64,000 nt of DNA. It comes from Polymyxa betae A26-41. Taxonomy: Eukaryota; Protista; Endomyxa: Phytomyxea. Position 1 is the stretch's first letter, and every line of letters starts with the position of its first letter. Made by a program: the position numbers and the translations under genes. The notes below the pieces were generated by a model that worked only from the letters and a program-made list of their open reading frames with translations, searched no databases and was not told the origin of the DNA. Below are positions 35,848 to 46,871 of the stretch, one piece after another. The stretch is taken from the NCBI GenBank assembly GCA_003693705.1, contig RBZT01000706.1, forward strand, positions 29,569 through 93,568, given 5' to 3'.

Positions 35848-36795
35848 ATGAAATCGACAGAGCCAGTGTCGTGGGCGCGAACATGCCTTATCCAGGCGCA
35901 ATGGTTTACATTCGTTGTTGACTGCGGGTTGGTGATTCTGATCGCATTCATTATCACGGTCATAGCGGGCTCACCAACCCTGTATTGGCGAACAGGAGCG
36001 CCAACAGTGGCGCTTACTATCATTGAGCAATGCTGGGACATTCTGCTGTGCCTACTTTTTATTATAGCTACATGTGCAATCATGTTTATGTCGCCTGAAG
36101 TCAGAGGATCGAAATGGTCCTTCTACCACGGCGCCGTCGTCGGCTATGGTATTCCTTTTGGACTTCATTTGATTGGTGAAGCTTCGAGTTGGTTTCAGGC
36201 GCCTCAGTCGCCATCGCTTGCGGGTCTTTCCGTTTTAAGCGCTTATTTGGGTGGCATGACGTTATGTTCCTCTTTCGTCTACTGGATGATGTTATCACCA
36301 CCCCAGTTCCGAGATGTTGTTAACAATCGATACTGGATCAAGCAAGGGCAACATGTTGCTGATACTTCAATGGTGATGTTTCTGTCGCTTCTTACAATGG
36401 TCAGCGCTGCATGCATGCTTTGGATTATTCTAGCCGTCCAGACCCAGCAAGCTTTCGCCATGATTATCAATACGGCAGCTTATGTGCTCGTCTTGATCTA
36501 TCTTTACTTAGTCAAGGTGAATTATTTCACATCGTTTATGGCATTAGGAGCTCTGGCTGGAGCCTTCACTGCTATCGCCATCATAGCCGCCAAATGGACG
36601 TTTAACTTTGCAAGCCGCTGGACGATTGCAGACACACCATGGAAAGCCGATCTGTTCATGGTTGCATTGGCATTTCAGGCGGCCTTATGCTTATCCGTAA
36701 TCCCGTTCTTGTTTATATGGAAAAGGAAGGAAGATCAAATCTCAGCGATCAAAGGAGGTGGTGCGGAAGGCTATGCAGAACATCTTTCCGCCTAG
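35848..36795 (+). CDS. Uncharacterised ~8-TM membrane protein, intronless, paralog of 30271-31230
   Basis: Shared blocks WA..CL, LYWRTG, HG...GY..PF, AG.SVLSA..GG, AVQ.QQ.FA..IN, KWTF.FAS. Confidence 0.8.
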   Translation: MKSTEPVSWARTCLIQAQWFTFVVDCGLVILIAFIITVIAGSPTLYWRTGAPTVALTIIEQCWDILLCLLFIIATCAIMFMSPEVRGSKWSFYHGAVVGYGIPFGLHLIGEASSWFQAPQSPSLAGLSVLSAYLGGMTLCSSFVYWMMLSPPQFRDVVNNRYWIKQGQHVADTSMVMFLSLLTMVSAACMLWIILAVQTQQAFAMIINTAAYVLVLIYLYLVKVNYFTSFMALGALAGAFTAIAIIAAKWTFNFASRWTIADTPWKADLFMVALAFQAALCLSVIPFLFIWKRKEDQISAIKGGGAEGYAEHLSA

Positions 36796-36904
36796 ATTTC
36801 AAATTAAACAATAAACACACTGTCCCGAGACCTATTCCACGACCCAGCGAATGGCATCTATCTGCCTTCATCAACCTATTCAAATGAAGCAGAAGAAGCG
36901 AGCG

Positions 36905-37079
36905 CCTTCACTCTTCAGACGTTTGCGTTACCTATTGGAGCAGCTGTAAAGGCTGCGCCACATTGCTGTCAAAGTCAAACAGAGCAAGTACTGATAGGTT
37001 GCACCTTCACTCTGCAGACATTTGCGTTATTATTATACTTCTTAGTGCAGCTGTAAGGCTGCGCCCCATTGCTGTCAAA
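36905..37079. repeat. ~70-bp imperfect direct repeat (two copies ~100 bp apart)
   Basis: CCTTCACTCT.CAGAC.TTTGCGTTA...GCAGCTGTAA(A)GGCTGCGCC.CATTGCTGTCAAA occurs twice. Confidence 0.85.
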
Positions 37080-37237
37080 CAGGCAACCAGATCAATGACA
37101 TGGGTTTAGGGTTGGAGTCTGCTGCGACCTTTCAGGTTGCAGCAGACAGAGGCAGATGGTGGTCTACATCCAGACTCTGTGAAGGTTCTTCCATTCGTGC
37201 AGGCTGCCTGCATTTCCATTCGTACAGGCCGGTGACG

Positions 37238-40118
37238 ATGAGCAGGACGGCAGCGGTCGATGGCGACAATGATATGGAAATCGAGTTGTCCGAACATAAA
37301 CCGCTTCGGCATGATTCGATATTGAAGCCGAACTCGCAGGCTGAGTTTGCTTTGCTTAACTGGGCGTCGGGAGCGTTTGCTGTTATATTATTCGCCACTA
37401 TAACGTTGCTAGCCGTTATATGCTATGTTCAGGCTGTAGCTATAGGTATCGCGAGTTTCGACGTCATTGCGAAGAAGCTAATGCTATCTAGTATCTGGCT
37501 ATCAGAACAAACATTTAGCTGAGAAATGCATGATATCCTTAGCATCATCGAAATATGACCAAGAATGCTATGTTGAACTGAAATCTGTAACAAAAATCAA
37601 TACGTTATTTCGCAATAGATGGATTCATTTTGTAAGCATGATATCGAGGATATTTATGGTTTCCAAATGAACTGTAGATGGGCGAGTCGTTTAGTCGGGA
37701 CGCCTTTCATGGTTTGAAGTCATTGCAGTTCGGCACAGGACCGAGCCCAATAAAGCGTGGCGACCATTCCGATCAGACCTATAGATCTGGGTCGTCTTTA
37801 GCAACGTTCAAATGGGCCCCGATTCTCAACGACATCGTTAGCACAGAATTGCCAAAAAATCGTGGCGTGTTTTCTCACCCCGATTATGTGTACATAGCTG
37901 TTGGCCTACACGATATTCTATATCGAAACGAAGGCCTGGAACCTGATACCAGTAAATTCATTAGCAAACTACGAATGCTCACTCAACAAGCTCGGCTGGT
38001 AATGCTGGAAGTCCCACCGGCTATCGATAGGTCGAGACTATCTCCTGCAAAAGCTGAAGTCGCTCATTTTGACAACGACGCTATTTCGAATTGGATTGGT
38101 TTGCTGACGAAAAGCATTCAAAGCTCAAAACTCAACGTTCTTATCCTCTCTCGGGTACGACGTCTTTTGTTTATGGTGCTGTGACTAACAGGATTGATTG
38201 TCTCAGTGGCAAACGGAACCATTTCAAGACCAGGATGATGGAATTCATTCGATGATTAAGATGTCGCTTTCAACAGATCGCATCGTACAAACCATTTACT
38301 GGCATGAATTTCCATCGTCATCGCTGCCCTTCTCCAGCGCGGTGTTCTCATTGGCTGTTGCCGGCGTCGTTATTCTGGGAGCTGTCACATGGCTCCAGAT
38401 ACGTTCGACGTTTTTCTCTGTCTGTTTGACAGAATCGATCGCTGCCTATTGCGTATCGGTGCCGAGACCGCAAAGTCTCGTAACCAAGATAGCGTTTATG
38501 TCATATTCTGATGCCTTCGTAAAGGTTAATCTCTGATCGAATTTTTTCAGCATGGATGGATCTTCTGTTGTCATTTTCTTGGATTTTATTCGATGTGATT
38601 TTGCTTGCTGTTACTTTTAATTTTTGCAATTTACTGATAAGGACTGATTCCGAATAGTTTCTGCAATCGTGTGCGATTGTATTCATCATTATGACTGCTG
38701 TTTATCTGGCTGATGGTCCAAATCCTGTGTTTGTTCTGAATCACAAAACAAGAAACAACATTGTCTTTGCTGCGCTTTATATCGCAACCTTGATTGCCGC
38801 CATTATGTACCGGCGTCGGCTACCAGCAAACGTTTCTGGAGATAAAGCTGTGCTTAATCGGTTGCAAACAGAAGAATGGAAAGGTAATGATCGCCGACGC
38901 CACTCCCAGAATCGTTTGAACGAAAGCCCAGGTATGATGCAGGTAGCGTTCATTTGGTATCATTTGTTCGATGCTGCTTCTACGTACAACTTAATTCGCG
39001 TCTTTGTCACAAGTTACGTTTGGATGACGGGATTCGGTAACTTCATGTTCTTCCAGTCCAGACAGGATTTCTCTTTGCATCGCATCATGAAGGTATGTGA
39101 TTTCATTCCCTCTTGATTTTGATGATTCAGTGTATGCATTGAGCTAGACTCTTTTTCGCTTGAATTTTCTCGTTGCGCTACTATACGTAGTCCTTCAACG
39201 GGAATGGATGCTCTATTATATCTGCCCACTTCATACGATCTATTTTCTCCTTGTTTGGCTCGTGGCTCGCTGCCCACCATCCCCAAGCTCATCTAAGGCC
39301 GGCTGTTACAAAGCTGTTGCCAGTATCGCGTTCTTGTTGACGATATTTTTCGTAAGCATGAACCTGATAATGTGGCAATTTTTCATTGCTGTTAGGTCCC
39401 GGGGCTGTTCGAACGTTTGTTTTCCATTTGGGGCGGTTTGTTTCTGCGAAACGGCTCTCTGTGGGAATGGCGGTTTCGGGCTCAACTTGATGCGTTCTCG
39501 TCGTCGATCGGAATTTTATGCGCTTGCATGCTGCCTACTGCCCTCACGTATCTCAACAAATGTGACAATCGGCAACGAATTAAGATCGCGGCAGCGTCTG
39601 TCTTCGTCATGATCGGTTGGCTAATCCTGTGCTATCCGATGGATAAATCGGTATATAACCGCCTGCACGCTTATATCGGATTCGTGCCTATGCTGGCCTA
39701 TGTCGTGATAAGGAACATCTTCCCCGATATCAGGGATACTTATATGCCGCTATTCCAATTTATTGGCACAATCACATTAGAGACCTACCTTCTGCAATTG
39801 CATTTATATATGGTTCGATTTCCGTAGTTTTGTTTCCCGTTTCTGAGATGAGTTATATAGAGTCATGATGCCAAGATGGTGATCATGTATCTACCTGAGA
39901 ATCCAGTATTGAATTTCGTATTATCCACCTGTTTATATCTATTAGCATCGTATTTAATATTTAAGGCAACAGTCTCGATCAACGATTTCCTGTTCCCATC
40001 AACGTCTTGGTCGGAAATCCTGCTCAGGCGAATTCTTCCTGTGGTCGTCGTCGTTTCTAGCGGGACCCTGCTGGATTCGATCTTGAAATTTTCTCTCCAA
40101 TCACATTATTTGCACTAA
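37238..40118 (+). CDS. CASD1: CAS1-domain O-acetyltransferase (CASD1/Cas1p/RWA family) with N-terminal SGNH-like domain, multi-exon
   Basis: RWIHF-MGESFSR and DDGIH in the N-terminal domain; LNRLQTEEWKG-MMQ, YVWMTGFGNF, YYICPLH, EWRFR, ITLETYLLQ. Confidence 0.9.
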
Positions 40119-40247
40119 ACACTCGGAAATTTCACTTAACCGGCATTGATCGTCTCAGGTTGTGCGTTGGATTGATTGAGTCATGTCTTTGGAACTTCAG
40201 TTGAATGTGAGTCATTGCAAGCATCGTATCTCGTGTTTCCGATCAGG

Positions 40248-41413
40248 ATGGACATTCCCCAAATGAAGAGGCGACATTGTAATATTATTATCATGACATT
40301 CGCTGTGGCTTTATCTATTCGGTTCGTGGTCGCCGATTCTGACCATCACAACCATAATTCTGACGGCGATCACGGCGACTGGAGCCATCACCATCACGAC
40401 GACGAGGATGATCACGGTCATCATTATGATCACGAGGACCATGACCATCACGGTAATACCGCCTCAAACCGATGCCATCATTTATTGAGATTTCATCAGA
40501 TCACGGCAAGCATGGGCATTCACATAAAGACGACGGCCATCATCATCATGGTACGTCTGCATTAAGGTATCATTCGCTGCCGTTTGATACTCGTCGCTAG
40601 ATGACCACGACCATCACCGTGACGACGAGCATCATCATGGCGACCACGATGACGAAGACCATCACCATCACACCGAACACCACGACGAAATGGACGAAGA
40701 CCAGCACCAAGACCAACACCAAGGTCAGAATCATTGCGATCGTTGCGACTCCTTCATCGTTGACACAGCACAGGTATGGAGCAGGAGCTGCATCAGGATA
40801 CAGAAGCCGGGTTCGATCAGCATCAGCTTGCTGGGCCCGATCCGTCGCTGGAGACGCATATGTGGGTCGTGCAGTCCCAGCATCAGTCGATCGACGAACA
40901 TATCGACGAATCCATGCACGTCGGTGAACACGCCGATAGAGGCGATGAAGTCGAACATGGAGTGCGTTGTTCGGATGTTGGGCTTCGTGCCGGTTCTGAG
41001 ATGTTTGTTAGAACGATCATCATAAAGATAGGGAGCATCATGATCATCACGACGATCACGATCATCACGATACTGAGCGTGAGGACCATCGAGATAGCGA
41101 TGACGGTGGGGGAGAACAAATGCCTTGTGTACGAGATCTGATTGATGTCTGTAGATGATGACGATCATCATGATGACGAACACGAGCATCATCACCATTA
41201 CGATCACGGTAAGAATTGTCGTCACACCAACCTCATGACGATGACGATGATATAGACGACCACCATGACCATGATGACGATGACGAAGATGAAGATCATC
41301 ATTCGCATCATGACGACGGTATGCAAAACACAGATTCGGTATGCAAGTTCTTTTACTGATGCAATGGCTCAGATGAAGACGAGCATGAGCATGAGCATCA
41401 TCGCCATCATTGA
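40248..41413 (+). CDS. Secreted His/Asp/Glu-rich protein (8 exons, ~272 aa)
   Basis: Signal peptide (IIIMTFAVALSIRFVVA-DS); exons 40248-40452, 40500-40550, 40601-40723, 40774-40961, 41012-41105, 41155-41208, 41256-41318, 41373-41413 give one open frame. Confidence 0.8.
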
Positions 41414-43124
41414 TGATCGTTGCAGCAATTTGATAATAATTTATGTCCTGTTCTCTTCTTATATCTCTTTGGAAATTGTTCAATACATCATGTTATTGCT
41501 ATTCGACGATCAGGCTATCTTGTCATGGCTCGATATTCGCAAGCATTGAATGTGACTCATTTCGACATCTTCGCGGATTTGTTGCATAGCTTGACATTCA
41601 AGTATCCTTTCGCAGATAGCTTGATACCTTTGGATTTCGTTGCTAATCGCGCGCTGCTGACCTCCGGTTGCTAAAAGACATAGCCAAATCGAGCAGAACC
41701 GATCAGCAAACACGCATTGTCGGATTTGCCCGGTCGTCTGACAGTATGCGTCCATATACGTTCAGCATTTTCGTGCAAATTTTCTGATGGAGGCTAAAGA
41801 AACACAATCTAAAGCAACTGGTAGCTGACGACATAACCCATCGACTGTATAGTGGTATCGAGGGCCTTTTAGGCTTTCTCCGGTTAGTGGCTTCATGCGT
41901 GCGAACGTTTTCTGAAACTGCCACGTTAACGCCCCTACCGGTAGGTGTCTCTTGGCTCGCGCGAACATCCTTTTGGATTATCATATCATTATACTATCAT
42001 ATCTGACTTGGGTTGATTTGTTTTGGCATTCTAGCATATTATCGAACGTCATAATTGCGGTAATCTTTATGTTGGTCTCAACGCTTTGGAACAGCGTCGG
42101 CGGGGTTGTTTGAATATACGATACGGTGTAGGCGATTTTTTTTTTGTTTGTTTGCAATTTGATGGTTTATCATCGGTACTCTTTGATACTGTTTGAGGCG
42201 GTACTGACGTATTCTGTTGCTTTGATCTCTATTCGGTGACGCTTACGAGGGCTCTTAATGCGGCCGACTAGCTGTCGGTAACTATTACACATGTTTCCCT
42301 GGAAAATTCTTATGGGTCATTCTTTTATTTGTTTTCATAATGATATTATTTTTCATATTCTTTTTATAATGCGCCGAAATCCATATCATCCAAACTCATA
42401 CCCTCCAAACCCATAACATCCAAATCCATACCCCATTTCCCTGGTGCTATCGCTTTTGAAGACCTCTGGACATGGCATGCTTTTTTGTGAATCGCAGGCA
42501 CTTATAATGGCATGAGCACAACAGGTCTCGCTCGAGGACTTTGCGAAAACAATCAGAATCCGATTCCCAGCGGCGGCAGGCTATGCTTGCAATCGTTGCA
42601 CTGCGAGCCGCCAGTTTATCAGAAGAGGGTTTCTGATATCGCGTATGGGCCAATTGTGAGTTATTGCATAAGCGAGATTAATGATGAAGTTGAACCCGAT
42701 TTTGTGCTGCTGGCTTCTGGGATTGAATGCCACGACTGGGACCTATGAACACCAACAACCTCGTAAAGGACTATATCAGTTGGATATTACTACAATAAAT
42801 AACAGGCAGAGGTGTGGCCGCAATCGCGATCTTTGTTCGTAAAATCGCTGAAATGAAAAAAGCATTGATCGTGTATGTAAACAACTGACTACCATTGTTT
42901 TACATTCCGCGAAGCGGCAAGACATCATCAATGCCGGCACTCGCCTACAGGCATCACAAACCACGGTCGCGTGATTGTTGAGTGCATGAAAGCAGTTCAG
43001 CTGAGATGTGGAATCCGAGTAATGCATCACGATAGCCATTGCATCAAACTTGCATCCCAAATAACAATGAACGGTCCATATCCCTTCCTTTACTTTTAAA
43101 ACAGCAGGTAAAAGTACAGCTTCC

Positions 43125-44009
43125 TTAATCGTCGGTTTCCTTCTCTGGATTGCGACGATGTTTCCAACAAGCCCAATCGTGGTCGTCAATGAATCCGATC
43201 ATGCAAAGGAATCGATGGACGGTTTTCTCTCGGATACTCTTAAATCCGCGATCAGCAAGATCTTTCGCAATCAATTCGGCAACTTTGGTCGACACGCTAC
43301 AGTTCGATTGGTCTCGAGGACCTCGTTGTCCTGGAAACTTTTCTAGATAGGTGAGAAACCGACCGTCAGGTTGAGCTTTGCAGATTTCGTCAAACAACTG
43401 AATGTTCTTAATCAACGCCCGAATTCGGTGTTTTGATTTAAATCCCAGTTCTGACATCGATTCGATGTCTTTTTCAGTAATCTTGCTGACTTCATCCGCA
43501 TCCCAATTCTTCAAGGCATATCGATAGATATCTTTTCTGTTCTTCAAAACGATATAAGAAACAAATTGCAACTCATAACGTCTGCTTTACCAGAAAGTTA
43601 TCGCGAACCTCTGTCGGCGAACGAGCGATCTAATTAAATCTCGTTCATGAAAACGATCAAATGTTGACAATATATGTTAACATACACTCATAGCCAGGCA
43701 CTCCATTAGGTATCGATTATCGTCTCGTATCACGCTTTGACCCCATTCTTGGTCATGAAATGCCATATAGGCTGTGTCATAATCACGTCCTCTACTGCCA
43801 AACAGACGTTTGCCTGAAATACACCTCTGAGATTCCCGTCTCGAATGAACACCTTCAATACCATGTGCCCATGGACACCTGGGAAGACCCACATCGACTT
43901 CTTGGGCGCTAGCCGCCGGCCGCCCAGTCCTGATTTCTTGCAGGCGTCGTCGCTTGAGCCTGCTGAACTCGGGTATGCTGGCAGGCTGAGGCTTCTTCCA
44001 TCGGATCAT
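43125..44009 (-). CDS. tag: DNA-3-methyladenine glycosylase I (Tag)-like protein, diverged; middle exon model tentative
   Basis: RCPW, YMAFHDQEWG..DD, AKDL..RGF, GFIDDHDWAC (all four Zn ligands C/H/H/C present). Confidence 0.78.
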
Positions 44010-44026
44010 AAACGGTACATTAGAAG

Positions 44027-44213
44027 AATGACCAGAGTGAGAGGGTTCTCTCTGTCAACAGTATACACGCACTCTATAACAAAAATATCTCTCACAACAT
44101 CTGCTGTTAGAAGGGCAATAAAATGTAATGACCAGAGTGAGAGGGCCTCTCACTGTCTACAGTCTACACTATAACAAAAATTTTCTCACAACATCTGCTG
44201 TTAGAAGGGCAAT
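44027..44213. repeat. ~90-bp tandem duplication immediately upstream of the Tag-like gene
   Basis: AATGACCAGAGTGAGAGGG...TCTCACAACATCTGCTGTTAGAAGGGCAAT occurs twice. Confidence 0.9.
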
Positions 44214-44532
44214 GGGCCATGAATCCATGATGCTGACGGCTCACGACTCGCTGTGCATGAGAGCTGAAGAATATGTCAGGGCAGTATAGATCGGCGGTAA
44301 GAGGGTTGTCAGACATTACAAAGCCTTAAAGGGCGTATAGTAATCAATAGGCGATGTTGTCTATGTAGATGTTTTATCCATCGAGAGCAATGCTCCAGAA
44401 CGACGACGATCTAGAAGCCCAGAGCTGGCCACAGACTGTTCTTTGATTGTTTCGTAGCAATCTCCGAGAATCTGTACGTACCTCGACCAAGGTAGATTTT
44501 GGGGGTTTCAAACGATCTTGGGCGCCATAACA

Positions 44533-45766
44533 ATGGCGACTAAGGTGGAAGAGCGGGTCGGTTCTCTCAGCGATTCAGAGTTGAAATCCGACTACGACGA
44601 AGAACCGGCTTTCAAGATGAAGGATACCGAGAAGGTCGTGTCGTTGGCGATCTGCACGCGATTGTCGCGATACACCCGACCTTTTTTTATCTGCGTTATC
44701 GTCGGCACGGCTATCGTTGGCTTCTTGAAATGGCAGGAAATCACTACCGCCATTCAGCGGGTTATTGAGTTCTGGGTCAACAACCCGGGTCATGGGTTCG
44801 TAATAATCCTGCCAATCGCTGAGTGAGAACTGAGATCTGTTAGATTTCTCATTTTCCTGCTTATTCATCTCCTCTGTGCCATTTTGAAACTTCCCATGGT
44901 GGAATTAGTCTTGGCTTGTGTATGGAATGTATAGAAGTGCTGTTGGCAATTAACGACGTCTTAAACAGGGATACGTTGGCGCCAGGACGTTCGGCCCAAT
45001 AGGAGGCATTTTCGTTGGTGCCTGTGAGGCGTTTCTGGCGAGCCTCATCTCAAGCTCTGTCGAGTTCGTCATCGGGAGATATTTCTGTCTGCGGCGCGTC
45101 CAAACTTGGGTGATGCAATCTCGTAAATTGAACACTGTTGCAGGTCTGCTGCAATCAAACGGTTTCAAAGGTAAGGTTTCGCCCAAATCCATGGGGTCCG
45201 TCTAATCCTTATTGTCTTCAGTCGTTGTTGTGAGTAACTTTCATTGATTATACTTGTGGAAATGCTCAGCGACGTACCATGCAGATGATTCGTTTAGCTT
45301 CGTTAGTACCGTTTGGGACAGCCAACTATCTTCTTGCCGCTATGAACGTCACATTCAAAAACTACACGCTGGGCTCTGTCGGTCTGCTGCCTTATATATT
45401 CACATGTAACGGATTACAATCCAAATGAGATTTCTATGACACCGATTTGTGCTGTCAGATGTGACCTTGGGCGGGTCGATCAGCTCAATTGCCGACGTCG
45501 CCAACGGACGAACTGGAAGTGGTTTGACGTCACTGATTATCATTATGACGTCGGCTGTACTGACATTAGCGATTTCAATCTACATATCGATATGGACCAG
45601 ACGAGCTCTCGGAAAGCTCGAAAACCAAGAACGACGCCGATCAGTGACAATTCGCCGAAATAGTCAGATTCAGCTGATGGCTTTGCAACAAATGGCGAAC
45701 CAGTCTGATAACAAGAGGGCAAGTACCAGCGATGACGCTGCCAATATTTATGGTTTAGTTCCCTAG
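44533..45766 (+). CDS. TVP38/TMEM64 (DedA/VTT, SNARE-associated Golgi) membrane protein
   Basis: Spliced LP...L..G...G...G, FVIGRY, GFKVVVMIRLASLVPFGTANY; includes an 8-nt microexon. Confidence 0.85.
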
Positions 45767-45963
45767 TTGCGAGATAGATGAATACAATATCGTTAGATAA
45801 ACGCTTTAGTTTACGAAAAAATACAACATTGTCAACGTCCAGATATATTGGTTACAAAATCGCTTGAAGGGCATGTGCCTTCCGAAGCCGATCATCAAAT
45901 CTGAGAAAAAGATCCATTGGTCAAGTTCCGCTTAGGCTCAGCTACTGATTATCTCGAAACGAG

Positions 45964-46266
45964 ATGTTTAACAGCTCAGATGTGAATTCAACCACAGCAT
46001 TACCAAGCGAGCAGGTAGTTGTGGTTCCTGATTCAGTTCGATGGCTGGTGGGCATTTTGTCTATCATCGGGTGTTTAAGCGTCGTTGCTGCAAGAGCGAT
46101 CCAGGTCTGGTGGCGAAGGCGATACGGCGCTAGCAACACATTCCAACGCGATGCTGCTGTAGCTGAACAATTGAAGCTGCCACATCGGGTGCTGAAGCAG
46201 ATGGTTTCACCTGATGGCTTATATCAAGTCGATCATATCGATGGGATAGGATACACAATCAAATGA
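45964..46266 (+). CDS. Small single-TM hypothetical protein
   Basis: ATG ORF with one hydrophobic helix followed by basic WWRRR. Confidence 0.45.
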   Translation: MFNSSDVNSTTALPSEQVVVVPDSVRWLVGILSIIGCLSVVAARAIQVWWRRRYGASNTFQRDAAVAEQLKLPHRVLKQMVSPDGLYQVDHIDGIGYTIK

Positions 46267-46871
46267 AATCTGAGCTTTAGTCAAAGCTCGATTCTCAAAA
46301 GACACTTAAATCACAGTTTGAATGCCTGACATGTTGAAGGTTAATGACGACAGTCAGGACACCAAAGGAAGCTCGGCATTAAAGAACGTTATTCTGGATG
46401 TATCATTCTTACCAATTCATACGAGGAAGAATAATAACTATATAAAACAAATAGATTATGCAAGGGAAACTTATATCTGGATTCCAATGAAATAGCACCG
46501 CTCCATGCATTCAGCACGTCAAAACGGCCATACATCCTCCCGGGTCTGTTACTCTATCCTCGGGACAAGCGAAGAAGTTTGAAGAACCGCATCGCTGCTC
46601 AATAGCCAACCATTTGGATTGATAGAATGATCAGAATGAGAAAGAGGCCAACAATAGAACGAAGAATGATGAAAGCGATGGGGAAACGCAGCCTCCGGCT
46701 CTGTTGCTCTAATTGCGGTTTATTGCCAATCCCGAACCCTCTCCAATCTGTTACATTTATCAATTTGCTAGCTAATGCGGCTAGCTCTCTTCAGCACCGC
46801 ACGATTACGGTCAGCAGCGTCTGTATTCAGGTGTTCGTCTAGGGCGGTCTCGACAACAGTCTTGAATCCGG

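Noticed and set aside
37619-37631. Apparent 13-nt microexon in CAS1
   Set aside because: The upstream sequence reads through in frame (VTKINTLFRNRWIHF), so it is simply the end of a longer exon.
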